Origin: Eledone cirrhosa
Taxonomy: Eukaryota
Length of the DNA: 64,000 nucleotides
Direction of reading: 5' to 3'
Assembly (NCBI GenBank): GCA_964016885.1
Contig: OZ024740.1
Location: forward strand, 23,808,001 to 23,872,000
Every line of letters starts with the position of its first letter. Position 1 is the stretch's first letter. Made by a program: the position numbers and the translations under genes. The notes beneath the pieces are model-generated. The model had not been told where the DNA came from. It saw only the letters and a list, made by a program, of their open reading frames with translations, and ran no database searches. Below, one piece after another: positions 57,600 to 64,000 of the stretch.

Positions 57600-60500
57600 G
57601 TCAGCCAACAGACCTACTAGTAGTTACAACAACATGGCTGACATATATAGCTTGTGTAGCTAGAGAAGGAAGCTGAGTCAACCAACAGACCAACTAGTAG
57701 TTACAACAACATGGCTGATATATATAGCTTGTGTAGCTTGAGAAGGAAGCTGAGTCAAACAACAGACCAACTGGTAGTTACAACAACATGGCTGACATAT
57801 ATATCTTGTGTAGCTTGTGAAGGAAGCTGATTTAACCAACAGACCTACTGGTAGTTACAACAAAATGGCTGACATATATAGCTTGTGTAGCTAGAGAAAG
57901 AAGCTGACTCAACCAACAGACCAACTGGTATTTACAACAACATGGCTGACATATATAGCTTCTGTAGCTAGAGAAGGAAGCTGAGTCTACCAACAGACCA
58001 ACTGGTAGTTACAACAACATGGCTGATATATATAGCTTGTGTAGCTTGAGAAGGAAGCTGAGTCAAACAACAGACCAACTGGTAGTTACAACAACATGGC
58101 TGACATATATATCTTGTGTAGCTTGTGAAGGAAGCTGATTTAACCAACAGACCTACTGGTAGTTACAACAAAATGGCTGACATATATAGCTTGTGTAGCT
58201 AGAGAAAGAAGCTGACTCAACCAACAGACCAACTGGTATTTACAACAACATGGCTGACATATATAGCTTCTGTAGCTAGAGAAGGAAGCTGAGTCTACCA
58301 ACAGACCAATTGGTAGATACAACAACATGGCTGACATTTATATCTTGTGTAGCTAGAGAAGGAAGTTGAGTCAACCAACAGAACAACTGGTAGTTACAAC
58401 AACATGACTGACATATATAGCTTGTGTAGCTAGAGAAGGAAACTGAGTCAGTCAACAGACCAACTGGTAGTTACAACAACATGGCTGACATTTATAGCTT
58501 GTGTAGCTATAGAAGGAAGCTGAGTCAGTCAACAGACCAACTGGTAGTTACAACAACATGGCTGACATATATAGCTTGTGTAGCTAGAGAAGGAAGCTCA
58601 GTCTACCAACAGACCAATTGGTAGTTACAACAACATGGCTGACATATATAGTTTATGTAGCTAGAGAAGGAAGCTGAGTCAACCAACAGACCTACTGGTA
58701 GTTACAACAACATGGCTGACATTTATAACTTGTGTAGCTAGAGAATGAAGCTGAGTCAACCAACAGACCAACTGGTAGTTACAACAACATGGCTGACATA
58801 TATAGTTTATGTAGCTAGAGAAGGAAGTTGAGTCAACCAACAGACCAACTGGTAGTTACAACAACATGGCTGACATATATATCTTGTGTAGCTAGAGAAG
58901 GAAGCTGAGTCAGTCACCAGACCAACTAGTAGTTACAACAACATGGCTGACATATATATATCATGTGTAGCTAGAGAAGGAATCTGAATCAACCAACAGA
59001 CCAACTGGTAGTTACAACAATATGGCTGACATATATAGCTTATGTAGCTAGAGAATGAAGCTGAGTCAACCAACAGACCAACTGGTAGTTACAACAACAT
59101 GGCTGACATATATATCTTGTGTAGCTAGAGACGGAAGCTGAGTCAACCAACAGACCAACTGGTAGTAACAACAACATGGCTGACATTTATATCTTGAGTA
59201 GCTAGAGAATGAAGCTGAGTCAGCCAACAGACCTACTAGTAGTTACAACAACATGGCTGACATATATAGCTTGTGTAGCTAGAGAAGGAAGCTGAGTCAA
59301 CCAACAGACCAACTGGTAGTTACAACAACATGGCTGATATATATAGCTTGTGTAGCTTGAGAAGGAAGCTGAGTCAAACAACAGACCAACTGGTAGTTAC
59401 AACAACATGGCTGACATATATATCTTGTGTAGCTTGTGAAGGAAGCTGATTTAACCAACAGACCTACTGGTAGTTACAACAAAATGGCTGACATATATAG
59501 CTTGTGTAGCTAGAGAAAGAAGCTGACTCAACCAACAGACCAACTGGTATTTACAACAACATGGCTGACATATATAGCTTCTGTAGCTAGAGAAGGAAGC
59601 TGAGTCTACCAACAGACCAACTGGTAGTTACAACAACATGGCTGATATATATAGCTTGTGTAGCTTGAGAAGGAAGCTGAGTCAAACAACAGACCAACTG
59701 GTAGTTACAACAACATGGCTGACATATATATCTTGTGTAGCTTGTGAAGGAAGCTGATTTAACCAACAGACCTACTGGTAGTTACAACAAAATGGCTGAC
59801 ATATATAGCTTGTGTAGCTAGAGAAAGAAGCTGACTCAACCAACAGACCAACTGGTATTTACAACAACATGGCTGACATATATAGCTTCTGTAGCTAGAG
59901 AAGGAAGCTGAGTCTACCAACAGACCAATTGGTAGATACAACAACATGGCTGACATTTATATCTTGTGTAGCTAGAGAAGGAAGTTGAGTCAACCAACAG
60001 AACAACTGGTAGTTACAACAACATGACTGACATATATAGCTTGTGTAGCTAGAGAAGGAAACTGAGTCAGTCAACAGACCAACTGGTAGTTACAACAACA
60101 TGGCTGACATATATAGCTTGTGTAGCTATAGAAGGAAGCTGAGTCAGTCAACAGACCAACTGGTAGTTACAACAACATGGCTGACATATATAGCTTGTGT
60201 AGCTAGAGAAGGAAGCTCAGTCTACCAACAGACCAATTGGTAGTTACAACAACATGGCTGACATATATAGTTTATGTAGCTAGAGAAGGAAGTTGAGTCA
60301 ACCAACAGACCAACTGGTAGTTACAACAACATGACTGACATATATAGCTTGTGTAGCTAGAGAAGGAAACTGAGTCAGTCAACAGACCAACTGGTAGTTA
60401 CAACAGCATGGCTGACATATATAGCTTGTGTAGCTAGAGAAGGAAGCTGAGTCAACCAACAGACCTACTGGTAGTTACAACAACATGGCTGACATTTATA

Positions 60501-63500
60501 ACTTGTGTAGCTAGAGAATGAAGCTGAGTCAACCAACAGACCAACTGGTAGTTACAACAACATGGCTGACATATATAGTTTATGTAGCTAGAGAAGGAAG
60601 TTGAGTCAACCAACAGACCAACTGGTAGTTACAACAACATGGCTGACATATATATCTTGTGTAGCTAGAGAAGGAAGCTGAGTCAGTCACCAGACCAACT
60701 AGTAGTTACAACAACATGGCTGACATATATATATCATGTGTAGCTAGAGAAGGAATCTGAATCAACCAACAGACCAACTGGTAGTTACAACAATATGGCT
60801 GACATATATAGCTTATGTAGCTAGAGAATGAAGCTGAGTCAACCAACAGACCAACTGGTAGTTACAACAACATGGCTGACATATATATCTTGTGTAGCTA
60901 GAGACGGAAGCTGAGTCAACCAACAGACCAACTGGTAGTAACAACAACATGGCTGACATTTATATCTTGAGTAGCTAGAGAATGAAGCTGAGTCAGCCAA
61001 CAGACCTACTAGTAGTTACAACAACATGGCTGACATATATAGCTTGTGTAGCTAGAGAAGGAAGCTGAGTCAACCAACAGACCAACTGGTAGTTACAACA
61101 ACATGGCTGATATATATAGCTTGTGTAGCTTGAGAAGGAAGCTGAGTCAAACAACAGACCAACTGGTAGTTACAACAACATGGCTGACATATATATCTTG
61201 TGTAGCTTGTGAAGGAAGCTGATTTAACCAACAGACCTACTGGTAGTTACAACAAAATGGCTGACATATATAGCTTGTGTAGCTAGAGAAAGAAGCTGAC
61301 TCAACCAACAGACCAACTGGTATTTACAACAACATGGCTGACATATATAGCTTCTGTAGCTAGAGAAGGAAGCTGAGTCTACCAACAGACCAACTGGTAG
61401 TTACAACAACATGGCTGATATATATAGCTTGTGTAGCTTGAGAAGGAAGCTGAGTCAAACAACAGACCAACTGGTAGTTACAACAACATGGCTGACATAT
61501 ATATCTTGTGTAGCTTGTGAAGGAAGCTGATTTAACCAACAGACCTACTGGTAGTTACAACAAAATGGCTGACATATATAGCTTGTGTAGCTAGAGAAAG
61601 AAGCTGACTCAACCAACAGACCAACTGGTATTTACAACAACATGGCTGACATATATAGCTTCTGTAGCTAGAGAAGGAAGCTGAGTCTACCAACAGACCA
61701 ATTGGTAGATACAACAACATGGCTGACATTTATATCTTGTGTAGCTAGAGAAGGAAGTTGAGTCAACCAACAGAACAACTGGTAGTTACAACAACATGAC
61801 TGACATATATAGCTTGTGTAGCTAGAGAAGGAAACTGAGTCAGTCAACAGACCAACTGGTAGTTACAACAACATGGCTGACATATATAGCTTGTGTAGCT
61901 ATAGAAGGAAGCTGAGTCAGTCAACAGACCAACTGGTAGTTACAACAACATGGCTGACATATATAGCTTGTGTAGCTAGAGAAGGAAGCTCAGTCTACCA
62001 ACAGACCAATTGGTAGTTACAACAACATGGCTGACATATATAGTTTATGTAGCTAGAGAAGGAAGTTGAGTCAACCAACAGACCAACTGGTAGTTACAAC
62101 AACATGACTGACATATATAGCTTGTGTAGCTAGAGAAGGAAACTGAGTCAGTCAACAGACCAACTGGTAGTTACAACAGCATGGCTGACATATATAGCTT
62201 GTGTAGCTAGAGAAGGAAGCTGAGTCAACCAACAGACCTACTGGTAGTTACAACAACATGGCTGACATTTATAACTTGTGTAGCTAGAGAATGAAGCTGA
62301 GTCAACCAACAGACCAACTGGTAGTTACAACAACATGGCTGACATATATAGTTTATGTAGCTAGAGAAGGAAGTTGAGTCAACCAACAGACCAACTGGTA
62401 GTTACAACAACATGGCTGACATATATATCTTGTGTAGCTAGAGAAGGAAGCTGAGTCAGTCACCAGACCAACTAGTAGTTACAACAACATGGCTGACATA
62501 TATATATCATGTGTAGCTAGAGAAGGAATCTGAATCAACCAACAGACCAACTGGTAGTTACAACAATATGGCTGACATATATAGCTTATGTAGCTAGAGA
62601 ATGAAGCTGAGTCAACCAACAGACCAACTGGTAGTTACAACAACATGGCTGACATATATATCTTGTGTAGCTAGAGACGGAAGCTGAGTCAACCAACAGA
62701 CCAACTGGTAGTAACAACAACATGGCTGACATTTATATCTTGAGTAGCTAGAGAATGAAGCTGAGTCAGCCAACAGACCTACTAGTAGTTACAACAACAT
62801 GGCTGACATATATAGCTTGTGTAGCTAGAGAAGGAAGCTGAGTCAACCAACAGACCAACTGGTAGTTACAACAACATGGCTGATATATATAGCTTGTGTA
62901 GCTTGAGAAGGAAGCTGAGTCAAACAACAGACCAACTGGTAGTTACAACAACATGGCTGACATATATATCTTGTGTAGCTTGTGAAGGAAGCTGATTTAA
63001 CCAACAGACCTACTGGTAGTTACAACAAAATGGCTGACATATATAGCTTGTGTAGCTAGAGAAAGAAGCTGACTCAACCAACAGACCAACTGGTATTTAC
63101 AACAACATGGCTGACATATATAGCTTCTGTAGCTAGAGAAGGAAGCTGAGTCTACCAACAGACCAACTGGTAGTTACAACAACATGGCTGATATATATAG
63201 CTTGTGTAGCTTGAGAAGGAAGCTGAGTCAAACAACAGACCAACTGGTAGTTACAACAACATGGCTGACATATATATCTTGTGTAGCTTGTGAAGGAAGC
63301 TGATTTAACCAACAGACCTACTGGTAGTTACAACAAAATGGCTGACATATATAGCTTGTGTAGCTAGAGAAAGAAGCTGACTCAACCAACAGACCAACTG
63401 GTATTTACAACAACATGGCTGACATATATAGCTTCTGTAGCTAGAGAAGGAAGCTGAGTCTACCAACAGACCAATTGGTAGATACAACAACATGGCTGAC

Positions 63501-64000
63501 ATTTATATCTTGTGTAGCTAGAGAAGGAAGTTGAGTCAACCAACAGAACAACTGGTAGTTACAACAACATGACTGACATATATAGCTTGTGTAGCTAGAG
63601 AAGGAAACTGAGTCAGTCAACAGACCAACTGGTAGTTACAACAACATGGCTGACATATATAGCTTGTGTAGCTATAGAAGGAAGCTGAGTCAGTCAACAG
63701 ACCAACTGGTAGTTACAACAACATGGCTGACATATATAGCTTGTGTAGCTAGAGAAGGAAGCTCAGTCTACCAACAGACCAATTGGTAGTTACAACAACA
63801 TGGCTGACATATATAGTTTATGTAGCTAGAGAAGGAAGTTGAGTCAACCAACAGACCAACTGGTAGTTACAACAACATGACTGACATATATAGCTTGTGT
63901 AGCTAGAGAAGGAAACTGAGTCAGTCAACAGACCAACTGGTAGTTACAACAGCATGGCTGACATATATAGCTTGTGTAGCTAGAGAAGGAAGCTGAGTCA
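57600..64000 (+). repeat. 23-monomer higher-order repeat (1773 bp), near-identical copies, first copy a 21-mer; continues off the window
   Basis: GCTCAGTCTACC at 58596, 60215, 61988 and 63761 (offsets 1619, 1773, 1773). GAGACGGA at 59128, 60901 and 62674 (1773, 1773). Internal 4-mer duplication: GCTGATTT at 57826/58134, offset 308. Confidence 0.93.

Larger units (their letters stand above)
1..64000 (+). repeat. 77-bp tandem satellite DNA array, about 830 head-to-tail monomers in one orientation, truncated by both window edges
   Basis: The same 77-mer recurs throughout (AAGCTGAGTC at 1, 78, 155, ...). Monomers usually differ from consensus by a few substitutions and indels are rare. No non-repeat sequence was seen. 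There are three AGCT (AluI) sites and one GAGTC (HinfI) site per consensus monomer. Confidence 0.99.

Noticed and set aside
25559-63502. 27 minus-strand ORFs of 64-72 aa (MSAMLLLLPVG..., Cys-rich)
   Set aside because: 77 is not a multiple of 3, so each ORF reads about 2.6 monomers through successive frames. The consensus reads ATG TCA GCC ATG TTG TTG TAA. ORFs appear only where a variant (GTAAC, GATAC, TTTGC) or an indel removes or bypasses that TAA, and they end at the next TGA, TAG or TAA. There is no gene context or recognisable domain, so they only mark variant positions.
1-64000. CRISPR array (77-bp period is near repeat+spacer size)
   Set aside because: There are no unique spacers: the whole period is conserved with scattered substitutions. 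No leader or cas genes are present.
1-64000. Long repetitive protein gene, or recoded/frameshifted giant ORF
   Set aside because: All three stop codons occur in the minus-strand 77-codon cycle and the plus strand has several TGA/TAG per monomer. Indels of -1, +1, +2 and -20 are tolerated.
1-64000. Telomeric repeat, transposon insertion or inversion within the array
   Set aside because: No short G-rich telomere motif, foreign sequence, terminal repeats or strand switch was seen.
1-64000. Assignment to a named satellite family, species or functional centromere
   Set aside because: I do not recognise the monomer, and there is no CENP-B box (it needs CpGs). A BLAST/Dfam/Repbase search and CENH3 data would be required.
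1-64000. Variant order as an information-bearing code or diversity-generating cassette system
   Set aside because: The ordered variants are explained by descent through block duplication. No recombinase, reverse transcriptase or expression locus is present in the window.

Overview
The whole 64-kb window is one uninterrupted head-to-tail tandem satellite array of about 830 copies of a 77-bp monomer (consensus AAGCTGAGTCAACCAACAGACCAACTGGTAGTTACAACAACATGGCTGACATATATAGCTTGTGTAGCTAGAGAAGG; 33/77 G+C, no CpG). I found no unique sequence, gene, RNA gene, transposon, CRISPR spacer or inversion, and the array runs off both ends. It looks like eukaryotic satellite DNA, but I cannot name the organism or family. 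The listed ORFs are by-products of point variants that remove one minus-strand stop codon. Two kinds of structure stand out. First, the array is a patchwork of in-register block duplications with many different periods (10, 12, 13, 17, 19, 27, 28, 31, 38, 44, 51 and 76 monomers), ending in a near-identical 23-mer (1773 bp) higher-order repeat. Second, many monomer variants repair mismatches in short quasi-palindromes, and at five sites the same mismatch is repaired from either arm. That suggests template-switch mutagenesis or selection for dyad symmetry. All offsets were measured by eye from diagnostic variants, so block boundaries are approximate.
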